Below the pieces are notes generated by a model. It was not told the origin of the DNA. It saw only the letters and a list, made by a program, of their open reading frames with translations, and searched no databases. A stretch of 64,000 nt of DNA. It comes from a virus. This document shows positions 39,401-49,135 of this stretch, one piece after another (position 1 is the stretch's first letter; every line of letters begins with the position of its first letter). Both the position numbers and the translations under genes were made by a program. The stretch is taken from IMG/VR virus record IMGVR_UViG_3300026521_000527, positions 1-64,000 of that record, one strand, 5' to 3'.

Positions 39401-41097
39401 AAGATAGATTATCAAGTGAAGCTGATATAATTTCAACGATCACTACTGAAACAACAAGAGCACAAGATAAAGAAAATGAGTTATTGGCTTCAATTGGTGA
39501 CGAGCAAAGAGCTAGGATAGAAGCTGATAATATAATTTCAAATGAGTTAAGTAACACCCAAACTAATGTTTCCGAATTATATACAAGAATGAGTACACAA
39601 GAAGCAAATTACGGTGCTCTAATTGATGGGTTACCGGATGATGTTAAAAATCTAAAAGATCTTCTTGATATAATTAATGGAAATTATACAAATATTACTA
39701 CCAGAATTGATAATGAAGTAACTGATTTAACCGATGGGATTAATTCAAATAAGAATTCAATTCAAGCTGAAGTATCCGCTAGACTACTTGGAGATAGTGA
39801 ATTACATGATGCTCTTGATGATTTTAAAGAAGAGTTCCAAAACACTCAAGATGAAATAAATTCTAAAATAGATGACGAAGCTGCTGCAAGAATCAATAGA
39901 GATAATAGTTTACAAGATAGTATTACTGCGGTTGAGAATGTTAATGCTGAACAGGCAGAATCAATAGAAGCTAATGATTTAGCAATAGCTAATGAAATTA
40001 ATAATAGAATTGATCATTTCAATAAATTCTTGACGTTGAATGAGGATTATACTACAGAAAACCCAGCTGTACTAAAAGATGTAACTGGATTTGATACTGT
40101 TGAAGATCTAGATACAGCTTATAAAAATAGATTCGGGACAATCGAAGACAATATAACTTCTATTGATACTAGAGTTCAAGATAACTCTACAGCAATATCT
40201 ACAAACGCCGATAATATTTCTAAAGAAATCCAGGATAGACAAGACGCTGATGAAACACTTGATACTAGAATTACTGACGAAACATCAGCGATAAAATCTG
40301 ATTTAAATAATACTAAAGATAGAGTTGGGACACTTGAAACTGAAGTTAATGAAATATTAAAAGACGCTGATGATACAGCAAATAGTTTTAAAGAGATTAA
40401 AACTATAATTGATGATAATAAATCAGATATTGAGACTAAGTTAGGTGATACTAAATCAGAATTACAAGATAATATCGATAATAATTCATCTAGAATTGAT
40501 TCTGAAGAAACTTCAAGAATCAATGGAGATAATAATCTTAACTCTAAAATAGATGATGAAATTACTGATAGACAAGATGCTGATGACGCTTTGGATACTA
40601 AAATTAGTGATGAAGCAACAGCCAGAAATGATGCGGATGACGCATTACAATCAAGTATCAATGATGAAGTTTCTGCAAGAAAATCAGCGGATGATTCATT
40701 GCAAGCAAATATAGATGCATTGCCTAAGAAATTTATTGATTTATATGATGTTGATGATGTTACTGATCATGAAAATTATTTAGTGCAATTGAACTCTGAC
40801 GCGACAGGAGTAGAATTTATTTCTATCCAGGCAGTTCAAAGACCAATTAGACTAGACAAAATTTTAGAAGAAGAAGACATTACTGAGACAAAATATGTCG
40901 TTGAAGATGATACTGAGACTGATAAGATAGATAAAATAACTTTTGGTAATAATTATTACACAGTCTATAGTTACAATACAGATGATTTATTGACAGCTAT
41001 TGATTATTATGATCCAGATGATAATAATGTAGCTACTAAATCATTTACATATAATGATAATAATAGATTGGATACTATTACTTGGGAAAATAAATAA
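36478..41097 (+). CDS. long coiled-coil tail fibre/whisker-like protein (1539 aa)
   Basis: About 20 E-x3-R-x3-D-x2-L repeats (e.g. EATARNDADDAL); ANSFKEIK and FIDLYDV motifs; YD-like C-terminal end. Confidence 0.65.
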   Translation: MADFDNSIEDYGNDTQTDSSGDAYLDQSVSSMTIEDLKNYIDYLITRSGILTADEIEAKVQEIARASGMMSVQEIQNLVMLTLNNAQALTRDTAEEIINLKVAKAILDLNDNKDFIADVKSQLELEINRVREELNSARNDFQATEDDLELVKQEFKFNQENVKRSLNLFESLLNSSLENKEVYNLLSIERNTRATQIDEVRTDISTIESKLTETFNSIEKKLNSQGNLFKIQDTNLKNTLDILKTEFEGKIKLIENEVRDAGEMLSSLMLSTSDLTSKLQAINSIDMTEDGNVIIAFQDQVDGIQTDINNLTIELQEAVSNLTQASSKFSDLESNVQNELIANKTLLVSELSNISGRLDMETQDRKSHDNAILNAWVDYTTDVNSKIQLMNSEINKLSTQLNEFPRVLDELIQVEQEVRIKSDETLLTKMNVELQKIRDNIDNTTLRTDIELLSQRLSRAIEKYDKAIVQEIKLMFDTINNELVNVKSDIELNKSIQNGNLRTESTLREQGDSNLNQLIQLESSIRQTRVQEITNLANKLAEDVNRLQIAVGSGDNTNIQDAVDSLNARYLNVFNTINESKDKFTKDITKLTLDFKNLDDIVTTFKETLLDNIKSEADARLAGDNGIQVILNKLLTDFNNFIGILDPSKVSLSKVYDTIESVRTELNKFKIDFDDNIELKINLINTSLDEIKNTQRAYSKDIQTEIQARETADLNLDSKIRIVDNKLPELRAELSSELRILESNLTDSVSKLTSDLAIETQVREDGDASREADFNAFKDNVDLKLNNFNTALSTEQADRLNSISDLTNSINREVQERTEVVTNIEIAIANETQARAKGDADLKKLIQAQNATIQSILSSESEIDLENLQAVLDIVKYLNENPDANPTAELLEGLHSIEENLTTLVENEAQLRTQADGILDGKIGSLNSKVLEEAQKNIEEFSRVRNELNTSVQDLITKIDASLVSATDLINTEKQDRLSSEADIISTITTETTRAQDKENELLASIGDEQRARIEADNIISNELSNTQTNVSELYTRMSTQEANYGALIDGLPDDVKNLKDLLDIINGNYTNITTRIDNEVTDLTDGINSNKNSIQAEVSARLLGDSELHDALDDFKEEFQNTQDEINSKIDDEAAARINRDNSLQDSITAVENVNAEQAESIEANDLAIANEINNRIDHFNKFLTLNEDYTTENPAVLKDVTGFDTVEDLDTAYKNRFGTIEDNITSIDTRVQDNSTAISTNADNISKEIQDRQDADETLDTRITDETSAIKSDLNNTKDRVGTLETEVNEILKDADDTANSFKEIKTIIDDNKSDIETKLGDTKSELQDNIDNNSSRIDSEETSRINGDNNLNSKIDDEITDRQDADDALDTKISDEATARNDADDALQSSINDEVSARKSADDSLQANIDALPKKFIDLYDVDDVTDHENYLVQLNSDATGVEFISIQAVQRPIRLDKILEEEDITETKYVVEDDTETDKIDKITFGNNYYTVYSYNTDDLLTAIDYYDPDDNNVATKSFTYNDNNRLDTITWENK

Positions 41098-41112
41098 AAA
41101 TAAGGAGAATTA

Positions 41113-41367
41113 ATGCAGGAAGGTATTTCGATATCGAATCATAACGACCTTGTTGGTTTTAAAACCAACAAGGATCAAATTCTCCTTAATGTTGAAAAAA
41201 TTTATTCAGATGGTAATACAGATGGCCTTTTACCTTATTATTTAAAAGACGAAATTGATTTAGCTTTATCCAATATCGAGGATCAATTTAATAACATTAT
41301 TGATTTATTAAATTCTTTGGATGAACGAGTTCAAGCTCTAGAAGATGCAGAGGAAGATGATGGCTAA
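41113..41367 (+). CDS. small acidic virion-associated protein (84 aa)
   Basis: AAGGAG RBS; YYLKDEID motif seen in fibre proteins. Confidence 0.5.
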   Translation: MQEGISISNHNDLVGFKTNKDQILLNVEKIYSDGNTDGLLPYYLKDEIDLALSNIEDQFNNIIDLLNSLDERVQALEDAEEDDG

Positions 41368-42076
41368 TTTTACTGGTGATATTAATGAATTGATAGAACT
41401 AGTAGCTGAGAAGAATAAGAAATATGTTGATTCAAATATCAATAGTTCATTAGCTGCTCAGGCGAAAGTCTTTCAAAAGGAAATTGAAAAAGATTTAAGC
41501 AAATTAGCTTCATTAATTCAAGCTCTAGAAGATATTGAATATGAAGATGGTGATGTTGATCCAGAGGATATTATTGCTGAAATAGCTGTTGTTCGGGCAA
41601 CAGCCGAAGCAAACACCCAGGAATTGGTAGACCTTAGAGAAGCTTTAGCTAATGAAGTTAAAGCTAGAATAAATTTAATGTATAGTGAATCGTTGACCGA
41701 AGATGATTTCAATGATACTAAATATAAAACTATATTAGAGTTAAGTTCCAACTTAACTCTTTTAGAAAGAATCGTTCAAGATATTGATGATGCAGTATCA
41801 GGCGATATACATCAGGTCCCAGCTGATTGGAATCAAGAAGACGAAACAGCAAGAGATTATATTAAAAATAAACCACAGATTCCGAAAATTATAAGATCAA
41901 TTTATAATTTTTATGAATTCCTCGATAATGATATTATTCGATATGATGTTTTTGGAGATACGAATTCTTGGAAAGTTGAGCGTTTTTCAACACAAACCAA
42001 CTCAATTAAAATATCAACTGGTTCAGGTGAAATACCTGATACTTTAGCTGATTGTCAAGTTCTTGAGTACAATTAA
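41345..42076 (+). CDS. fibre-associated structural protein (243 aa; start probably ~41360)
   Basis: Coiled coil followed by ADWNQ..DYIKNKPQIP, a phage fibre motif. Confidence 0.55.
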   Translation: MQRKMMANFTGDINELIELVAEKNKKYVDSNINSSLAAQAKVFQKEIEKDLSKLASLIQALEDIEYEDGDVDPEDIIAEIAVVRATAEANTQELVDLREALANEVKARINLMYSESLTEDDFNDTKYKTILELSSNLTLLERIVQDIDDAVSGDIHQVPADWNQEDETARDYIKNKPQIPKIIRSIYNFYEFLDNDIIRYDVFGDTNSWKVERFSTQTNSIKISTGSGEIPDTLADCQVLEYN

Positions 42077-42114
42077 ATTTATATTTATTTAAAGGAAGAA
42101 TATTACATTAAGGA

Positions 42115-43698
42115 TTGCATATGGCAAAAATTATAGATCCTGATGGATTAGTAAGATCTTCAACTCGCGAAAAACTTGGAGAAGATGGAAATATTTGGAT
42201 AGATACTGCAACAAGAACCATAAGTCTAGCTGAATATGATCAATTAACATCTGATGGTGTTACAATTCAAGCATTGTATTCTTATTTAAAAGAAGAATGG
42301 AATACCGATCCAGAATTAATTAAATTCCCTTTCCCTATGGTTGCGATTACTTCAGAGCAATTTGAGTTCGTTGAAGATTGGCAACCCGCAGATTTTACTA
42401 CGGTTAATTTATTTAAAGATGGTGGGTTCGCGGTACAAGATTCTGCAGGATATGCTTCAAGCATGTTTGCCGGAATTATTACATTGGGTGAAATTGGATC
42501 AGAAGACCAAGTTTATTATCAACAACGTCAAGACGGTGAAGCAAGAAATGTTGTTCTTACTGGAGCGGTGAATCAATCAATTAAAGTTTATTCATATGCT
42601 AAAGGTACAGATATATCTTTCGCAGAAACAGATAGTAAAATTACTTCAACTGATACAAACTTAGCTGCATTTACCACAGGCGATATTATAGAAATATCTG
42701 GTACTTCAAATAATGATGGTGAGTTCACGATTACTGAAATTGTAAGCCCGAATGAAATTAAAGTTCAGGAAGCTTTAGTTGATGAAGACGCTGGTTCCGA
42801 AGTGGAATTAAAAGCGGATTATCGCTCTTATTTCAAAATTTTCGTAAGAGAGCAGGCTAAACTTTATGCACAATCTGAGCAATCAGATATTGGTGTATCT
42901 TCATTTACATATCAAGCTTATCGTTTCCCTCTGGCGAATGCAAGTGACCTTAAAATTACACATAATGATGATGATATTGCAAGTGATCTTCCATATACTG
43001 ATATGAGCATCACTTATTATTCAGAAAATCAGACAAGGACAATCGGTTCTGATGATTATGATTTTAATATTATTATTGATGCAGATGTTGCTGATGATGG
43101 AAATCTACCAACAGCTGAAGAAATTTATGAGTTTGTACAATATAGCTTGCGTCAAAATAATGACATTGATTCGGGAGATGGTACAGTTATTGGTAAAACA
43201 GCCTCGTCTCTTTTGAAATTCGTAGGAGATACACTTGTAACTTCAGATGGCGTATTTATCGATAATTTCTCAGAAACTGATATCAACAGAATTGAATTCT
43301 ATGATGTAACAGGAATTAAAAGGGTATTCCCATTCGTCGCAGCTGGTTCAATTAACTTTAATGATAACCTTGTGCAAGATGAAGGTGCTGAATATAGAAT
43401 GTTCTTTACAGACGCAAATGGGCATAAATTTGGTGAACCTGATGCAATTATCGTTCAAGATAATGATGGTGATGAAATTGCTGGATCTGTTCCAGGATCA
43501 CAAGTTCAATTTACTTTCGATTATGATGGTAATGATCAAGGTGGGCGTACACCAGGTGAAGATGCTCCAATCACAATTGTTGCAATTGGACTCAATAGAG
43601 CGCAATATATTAAAGCGAATGGTGTTATAGCAAGAACTAACGCGAATAGTATATCGCTGGTTGCATCTTTAGAAAGAAATTACAGTAATCCTGAGTAA
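42115..43698 (+). CDS. virion structural (tail/fibre-associated) protein (527 aa; start probably 42121)
   Basis: MAKIIDPDGL..GVTIQALYSYLKEEW..FPFPMVAIT; acidic and beta-rich; ends ERNYSNPE. Confidence 0.55.
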   Translation: MHMAKIIDPDGLVRSSTREKLGEDGNIWIDTATRTISLAEYDQLTSDGVTIQALYSYLKEEWNTDPELIKFPFPMVAITSEQFEFVEDWQPADFTTVNLFKDGGFAVQDSAGYASSMFAGIITLGEIGSEDQVYYQQRQDGEARNVVLTGAVNQSIKVYSYAKGTDISFAETDSKITSTDTNLAAFTTGDIIEISGTSNNDGEFTITEIVSPNEIKVQEALVDEDAGSEVELKADYRSYFKIFVREQAKLYAQSEQSDIGVSSFTYQAYRFPLANASDLKITHNDDDIASDLPYTDMSITYYSENQTRTIGSDDYDFNIIIDADVADDGNLPTAEEIYEFVQYSLRQNNDIDSGDGTVIGKTASSLLKFVGDTLVTSDGVFIDNFSETDINRIEFYDVTGIKRVFPFVAAGSINFNDNLVQDEGAEYRMFFTDANGHKFGEPDAIIVQDNDGDEIAGSVPGSQVQFTFDYDGNDQGGRTPGEDAPITIVAIGLNRAQYIKANGVIARTNANSISLVASLERNYSNPE

Positions 43699-43744
43699 AG
43701 CCCATGTTGCCAACAGGCCGGAATAGTTTATTTAATTAGCTTCT

Positions 43745-43764
43745 TAAGGGGGTTCGCCCCCTTA
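43745..43764 (+). terminator. UUCG tetraloop hairpin upstream of the HNH gene
   Basis: taaggggg-ttcg-ccccctta. Confidence 0.6.
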
Positions 43765-43796
43765 GTTAGATATCAGAATTAAAACTGGAGAAAACT

Positions 43797-44816
43797 ATGA
43801 ATTTATCTTTTGAATCAATGCACAAGTGTTTTCCAAATAATAAATACAAACATTGGTATATTAATTTAATAGAAAAAGCTAATCTCAGAAGGGGTGGGGA
43901 TATCCCCACCCCTTCTGAGAAACATCATGTGTTTCCAGTTTCAATCTTCGGCAAAAATAAATTAACCGTTAAATTATCTCTTCGTGAGCATTTTATAGCT
44001 CACCTTTTACTCGCAAATATCTATAAAAATAACCCAGAAAATCTTCAAATAAATAAAATAAATTATCAAAAGATGTCAAAAGCAGTTATGTGTTTAATGG
44101 ACACTGATAAATTAAAAAACAGAACTCGATTGGCTTCGAAAGAGTTCGAGTGCACTCGAACTCAAATGCATTTAAATCAAAAGAGATTCTGGAAAAAATA
44201 TTGGTCCGATATTAAAAATAGGAAAGCTGCGAGTCTCAGGCGCAAAAGGTTTCTAAAGAACTCGATCAATAAAAATAAATTAATTCAAATCAATAGAGAA
44301 ATTACTTCACACCCTGAGTTTAAAGCAAAACGTAGTCAATTTCAAAAAGAGTTCTTTAGAAACCTATCTGAAGAAGAAAAAGTAAAACGTATTAGGTTAC
44401 TGAATTCTCCAGAGGCTAAAGAAAAAGCTAGAATTAAACGCAAAGAAACAATTGAAAGAATGACGCCAGAAGAACGTAAAGCGAAGTTTGCAAATAATTT
44501 CACTTTTGAACGGAAAGAGAGACAACGAAATCAAATTAAAGATAGGCTCGCCCTTTTCAAGGGCTCCGAAAAAAGAATGATTGATGTAAAAAACACGACA
44601 GAATTATTTAAATTAATAAAATCTGGTTGGGTTCCGTTGTTTATAAAACATTCCAAATTAATTCAAGCAGTTGAGTCAAAAAAATACTCTCAGAAAGAAG
44701 CAGCTGAAAAAGCACAGATGAGTCACTCTGCTTTTAATAAATTATATAATAAATATATCAGTATTTATAAAAATAAATATAAAGGAATAGAATGTCAATT
44801 AGAGATCACATCCTAG
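43797..44816 (+). mobile_element. free-standing HNH homing endonuclease
   Basis: EKHHVFP..TVKLSLREHFIAHLLL (HNH core); basic middle region; C-terminal HTH-like SQKEAAEKAQMSHSAF; basic composition contrasts with its acidic neighbours. Confidence 0.8.
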
Positions 44817-46369
44817 ATTTAGGTGCAAGACATTTTTTTACTTTCGATAATAAAGAAAAAGATGAAGATGGGATTGAGTCAGAGACACCGACAAAAATAA
44901 AAGATGGTGAATACAGTTTTGTAGAGAGGCCTGTTTGTGAGGGATTTAGATATAGTTTAAAATCAACGAATGCTGATGATGACACGACGAGAACTAACGG
45001 CGCAACTCTTAAAAATCAAAAAGATATTAATACATCATCTGCTAATAAATATTGGAATAATTCAAATGGGACTTGGATGTTCTGGACTAGAATTTATAAA
45101 GCGGATAACCCTTCAGTTATTTATGAACAAGGAGCTAGTGTTAATAATATCGCTTTTATTTCAGGAACAGGGGGACTTTTTTCATTCCAAGCAGCGGATG
45201 ATGAAAGACCATTTTTGATTGCTTTTACTAAATGGCCTATCGAAGAAATGAGAAATTATTTTCTCGTTGGTCGTTGGGAAAAAGCAAGTTATTCTGGAGA
45301 AAGTGACAATAGAATTCTATTTTATGTCAATGGAGTTCTTCAACGAACGATTATGATTTCTGAAAATACTGATGAATTTCCAACACACAGTGGGGATATA
45401 AATGTCGGCAATTCAGACGATAGTCTAAAATATTATAATGATGATACTGTAAAATTCGCAACCAGAAGAAAATGGTTTAATCTTTTCGCTATGTTTACGA
45501 ATAAGGATTTAGCTGAAGCTGATTTTAGAGAAGTGTTCGAAAGAACTGTAATCCCAGAAATTACAATTCAAGCAGATACTGTCATAAATCAACAGAAAGC
45601 TCTTGATGATTTAATTGGTACTCGTTTCGGAAGTGTCAATTGTGCAATCAGAATAGTTCAAGCAACCGACGCAACCGATTATAAATTAATCATCGAAGAT
45701 ATTATGTTTAAACAGAATGAATACATAAAAGATATAAATATTCAGTTCGTTGGAACTGGAAGTCTTTTAGTTGATTGTGCTAATGGAACTAACGTTGAAA
45801 TAGTAAGTACCCCTCCGGAAGTCGAATTGGTTGATGAAACACTTGATGGTGGTGGATCAATATCTGTTCAGCTAGATAGTCTAAGAATTCATAATACTGA
45901 TGACTTAGAAAATATAAATATATCCGGAAATTTATATTTAAAAATAGATTCTGAAGATGATCATCTAGAATTAAATTATCATAATGTTAGAGTCCAAGGG
46001 AAAGTTTTTAACGAGACTGATAAATCAATAACTATCAACGCTAATACAACATGTCATTTAGAAGCAGATCAACCTGGAATTGGGTCAGGTGAGGTAAATA
46101 TTCAAACAACCCATAACTTAACTCTAAATAATGTCATTATTGGATCAGAAGTCCGTCTATATAATAATGATTTAACTGAAGAAATATTTGGAGTAGAAGA
46201 AGCAGATGATAGTGATATTTCAATAGATTATCTTAATAGTTATCCTGGTGCTGTCCTTGTAATTTTCAAAAAAGACTATGAAGTAATAAGAATGGCACTT
46301 GATTTGGGTAATGGTGATATTACTATCCCAATCCAACAACGCAAAGATAAATGGTACACTAACCCATAA
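44792..46369 (+). CDS. virion protein with LamG/concanavalin-A-like domain (525 aa)
   Basis: GTWMFW..IYEQG..YFLVGRW..ILFYVNGVLQ..INVGN pattern. Confidence 0.55.
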   Translation: MSIRDHILDLGARHFFTFDNKEKDEDGIESETPTKIKDGEYSFVERPVCEGFRYSLKSTNADDDTTRTNGATLKNQKDINTSSANKYWNNSNGTWMFWTRIYKADNPSVIYEQGASVNNIAFISGTGGLFSFQAADDERPFLIAFTKWPIEEMRNYFLVGRWEKASYSGESDNRILFYVNGVLQRTIMISENTDEFPTHSGDINVGNSDDSLKYYNDDTVKFATRRKWFNLFAMFTNKDLAEADFREVFERTVIPEITIQADTVINQQKALDDLIGTRFGSVNCAIRIVQATDATDYKLIIEDIMFKQNEYIKDINIQFVGTGSLLVDCANGTNVEIVSTPPEVELVDETLDGGGSISVQLDSLRIHNTDDLENINISGNLYLKIDSEDDHLELNYHNVRVQGKVFNETDKSITINANTTCHLEADQPGIGSGEVNIQTTHNLTLNNVIIGSEVRLYNNDLTEEIFGVEEADDSDISIDYLNSYPGAVLVIFKKDYEVIRMALDLGNGDITIPIQQRKDKWYTNP

Positions 46370-46380
46370 AAGGAGATAAA

Positions 46381-46914
46381 ATGAAATATAAAATTATGTC
46401 AAGTACTGGTGGAAATAAAGATTATTTAAATGGAATAATATTTGATTATGTTATACCAAATAAAGAAATAGGTACTGTAGTAAAATGTTTTGGAGATGAG
46501 TACAAAATAACTCAAACTGGAAAAATTTTGGTGCTTAGTAATCTCAATAATGTTTTGACTCTAATGGAAATTGAAGACCCTTTAGATAAAATTAAAAAAG
46601 AAAGTCAAAAGAGTGCAAAAGAACTCAAACCCAATAGAGATTTCGATTTATTTTTAGAAGACAAAACACTAAAATTATATAAAACTCCAGCAACTGAAAA
46701 TTTAACATTCGATGAGTTATTTGGAACTCTAAAGAAAGAATTTTCTTTCATAAAAGAATTAAGAGGAATTGATTTTAATACAGTCTTTGATTACAATGAA
46801 GAATTTGATATATTCACATTCCTTAATGATTGGAATTGGGCAGATGATGAGAGCAAAGAAATTATTAAAAAAGGAACTTGGGGTAGAAAAAACAAGTTCG
46901 ATAGATCTATTTAA
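46381..46914 (+). CDS. hypothetical protein (177 aa)
   Basis: AAAGGAG RBS; C-terminal TFLNDW..IIKKGTW resembles part of the 42115 protein family. Confidence 0.5.
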   Translation: MKYKIMSSTGGNKDYLNGIIFDYVIPNKEIGTVVKCFGDEYKITQTGKILVLSNLNNVLTLMEIEDPLDKIKKESQKSAKELKPNRDFDLFLEDKTLKLYKTPATENLTFDELFGTLKKEFSFIKELRGIDFNTVFDYNEEFDIFTFLNDWNWADDESKEIIKKGTWGRKNKFDRSI

Positions 46915-46922
46915 AAGGATAG

Positions 46923-47414
46923 TTGATGAAAGTTACATTCGATGGTCCAAATAAATTAATTAAAATAAATGATGATGTAACTTATATTGATGTTGGTACT
47001 GATTTATATAGCGCGTGGAAACATTGGTGGTTAGAAGATGATAATTCTAAATACTCTCAAGCTTTTCGAACATTCGGTGGGGATCCGACAAATGCTGATG
47101 GAACCCAGTTCGCCCCTCAATATTTTTTTCTAATGAATGGTTGGCGAGTGGTCGTCGATGGAACTAATGTTACCTTTCATACGAATCTTTATACAGATGA
47201 GGGGGATTCACCTTATATTGTCGAAAATAATGGTTCAGTAAGTGCAGCTATATCTGACGCTCAAGTTGTAGATCTAAGTAAAAGTATAAATAATAATATC
47301 TGGGAGTTATTATTATCAGAACATCATGAACCTGGATCATTCGGTGAGATAATTCAAAAAATATTAGTAAACACAAGCAGATCAGCCAGCATTGGTATAG
47401 ACCAAGGAGAATAA
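46923..47414 (+). CDS. virion structural protein (163 aa)
   Basis: VTFDGPNKLI..DLYSAWK..AFRTFGGDP..YFFLMNGWRV; distantly resembles the N-terminus of the 42115 protein. Confidence 0.55.
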   Translation: MMKVTFDGPNKLIKINDDVTYIDVGTDLYSAWKHWWLEDDNSKYSQAFRTFGGDPTNADGTQFAPQYFFLMNGWRVVVDGTNVTFHTNLYTDEGDSPYIVENNGSVSAAISDAQVVDLSKSINNNIWELLLSEHHEPGSFGEIIQKILVNTSRSASIGIDQGE

Positions 47415-48722
47415 ATGCAAGACGTAAAAAATAATATTATACAATTAGAAGAAAAACTTCAAAAAGAAATTATTCAGAGAAAACATCTGGTTCAAATTTT
47501 TGAAAATAAATATAATAATTTTGAAAAAGAACTAGAGTATTTTATAGATGATTTAAAAACTGATTTTGAAGGGATTAGATTAAATAAACCACCATCTGAT
47601 ATTAATATAGAATTAACTACCTTTAAATTAAATTTTAGAAAATTACTAAAAGTGGTTAAAAATGACACAAAAGAATCATTAAAAAATTTGGCTGATCAAT
47701 TGAAGTTAAGTCATGAAAATTTAGAAAGTATTTTCAATAAAAAACTTCAACAGGCAATAGAGTCACAAAGAACTCTTTTGACGCAAAAATTTAAAAATAT
47801 AAACAATCAATACTCAACATTAAAAGATTCTTTTAGGTTTATAACAGACACAACATTACCAAATTTTGATAAAAGATTAACATCCAGTATTAATAAAATG
47901 CAGAATAATGTTAATCGTATGCAGAATGAATTAAAATCATTGGACACTAGAGTTCAAAAGAACTCAATTGAGCTTCAAAATAAATTCGATGCAGTTATGA
48001 GTTTCTATAAAAAAGAGAATCAATCTTTTAAAGAAAAAATATCGAGCCTGGAGTTCAAAAGAACTCAAACTCTGGAAAATAAAATAAAAAATCTAGAGAC
48101 TCAATTAAAAGATTTACTTGATTCTTTTAATAAAACAAGTAAATCTCCAGCAAGAAATACCATACAAAAAGATTTAAATGAATTAATAACTTCTCAAAAA
48201 GAAATTCAATTAAATTTGGAAATGGTTGAGTCTAGACTCACTCAAGTGAATAAAAATTCAAAAGAGATTGATAACCTAAAAAAAGAAAATATATCTTTAT
48301 CTGAAATAATTAATTCAACTCAAAATACAATAAACCAACATCAATTAAAAATTACATCAATTATTGAGAGGCATCAATCTATTTTAAATACTCAAGATAC
48401 CATTAATAATTCCATAAATCTCATAAAAAAGACTGCATTGGATACTAGAAAAGAGTTTATTCAAGAATTTGAAGATTTAACTATTGAATTTTTAAAGGCA
48501 CGGGGTATATTTGAAAAACATTCGAGAAAAGCAGACGAAAAAATTATCTACCTGGAGTCAAAAATAACTCAAATTGTATCACAAAAAGATAAAGAAATAA
48601 AAGAAGCAAATAAAAAAATTAAAGCTTTGGAGAATAGTCAAAAAGAACTCAAAGAGCAAAATATTTTATTTGAAAATGAATTAAGAGGAATTAAAGAGAG
48701 TATTGATTTATTATCAATATAG
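47415..48722 (+). CDS. long coiled-coil protein (435 aa)
   Basis: Continuous heptads, K/E/L/N-rich; AAGGAG RBS. Confidence 0.6.
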   Translation: MQDVKNNIIQLEEKLQKEIIQRKHLVQIFENKYNNFEKELEYFIDDLKTDFEGIRLNKPPSDINIELTTFKLNFRKLLKVVKNDTKESLKNLADQLKLSHENLESIFNKKLQQAIESQRTLLTQKFKNINNQYSTLKDSFRFITDTTLPNFDKRLTSSINKMQNNVNRMQNELKSLDTRVQKNSIELQNKFDAVMSFYKKENQSFKEKISSLEFKRTQTLENKIKNLETQLKDLLDSFNKTSKSPARNTIQKDLNELITSQKEIQLNLEMVESRLTQVNKNSKEIDNLKKENISLSEIINSTQNTINQHQLKITSIIERHQSILNTQDTINNSINLIKKTALDTRKEFIQEFEDLTIEFLKARGIFEKHSRKADEKIIYLESKITQIVSQKDKEIKEANKKIKALENSQKELKEQNILFENELRGIKESIDLLSI

Positions 48723-48739
48723 ATAAGAATGGAGAAGAT

Positions 48740-49135
48740 ATGGAAAAAAATAATATCAAACAAGTCGCCGAAAATACAAAGGATATCTATTCTAGAAAAT
48801 TAAATATCCTTATTAAAAAGATCCAAGATCAATCTAAAATTATAAAAGATTTTAAATTAGAATCATACAAAGAGAATTATGATGATTTATTAAAAGAATT
48901 TGATATTTTGAAAAATAAATACATAAAGAGTTCAGAAGAACTCATTGAATTAAAAAAAGAAATGGTTTTACTAAAAAAATTAATTAAAAGTAAAACAGAA
49001 GTTCTAGAAGAAGTTAAAAATAGTAGTAGTTTATTATTTGAAAGCATCTCACAAAATAATAATAAATTAAAAAAAGAAATAATAGAAGATATAGATAAAT
49101 ATGTTGAAAAAAAATTATTAAAGTTATTATCATGA
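48740..49135 (+). CDS. coiled-coil protein (131 aa)
   Basis: GGAG RBS; heptad pattern. Confidence 0.55.
   Translation: MEKNNIKQVAENTKDIYSRKLNILIKKIQDQSKIIKDFKLESYKENYDDLLKEFDILKNKYIKSSEELIELKKEMVLLKKLIKSKTEVLEEVKNSSSLLFESISQNNNKLKKEIIEDIDKYVEKKLLKLLS

Noticed and set aside
37062-40661. Minus-strand ORFs (37062, 38118, 38583, 39333, 40176) and similar short antisense or alternate-frame ORFs elsewhere (e.g. 11004, 19785, 26922, 52730, 58041, 61371)
   Set aside because: Shadow frames of long real genes; Ser/Leu/Ile-rich mirror composition and no convincing RBS
43699-44816. Group I intron containing the HNH gene
   Set aside because: The upstream gene ends naturally (ERNYSNPE, similar to the YTNP end of the next gene), the downstream gene has its own start, and no P7-like core was recognised
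47415-49135. SMC-like ATPase or tape measure protein
   Set aside because: Pure coiled coils with no Walker motifs, and too short for a tape measure of this phage type
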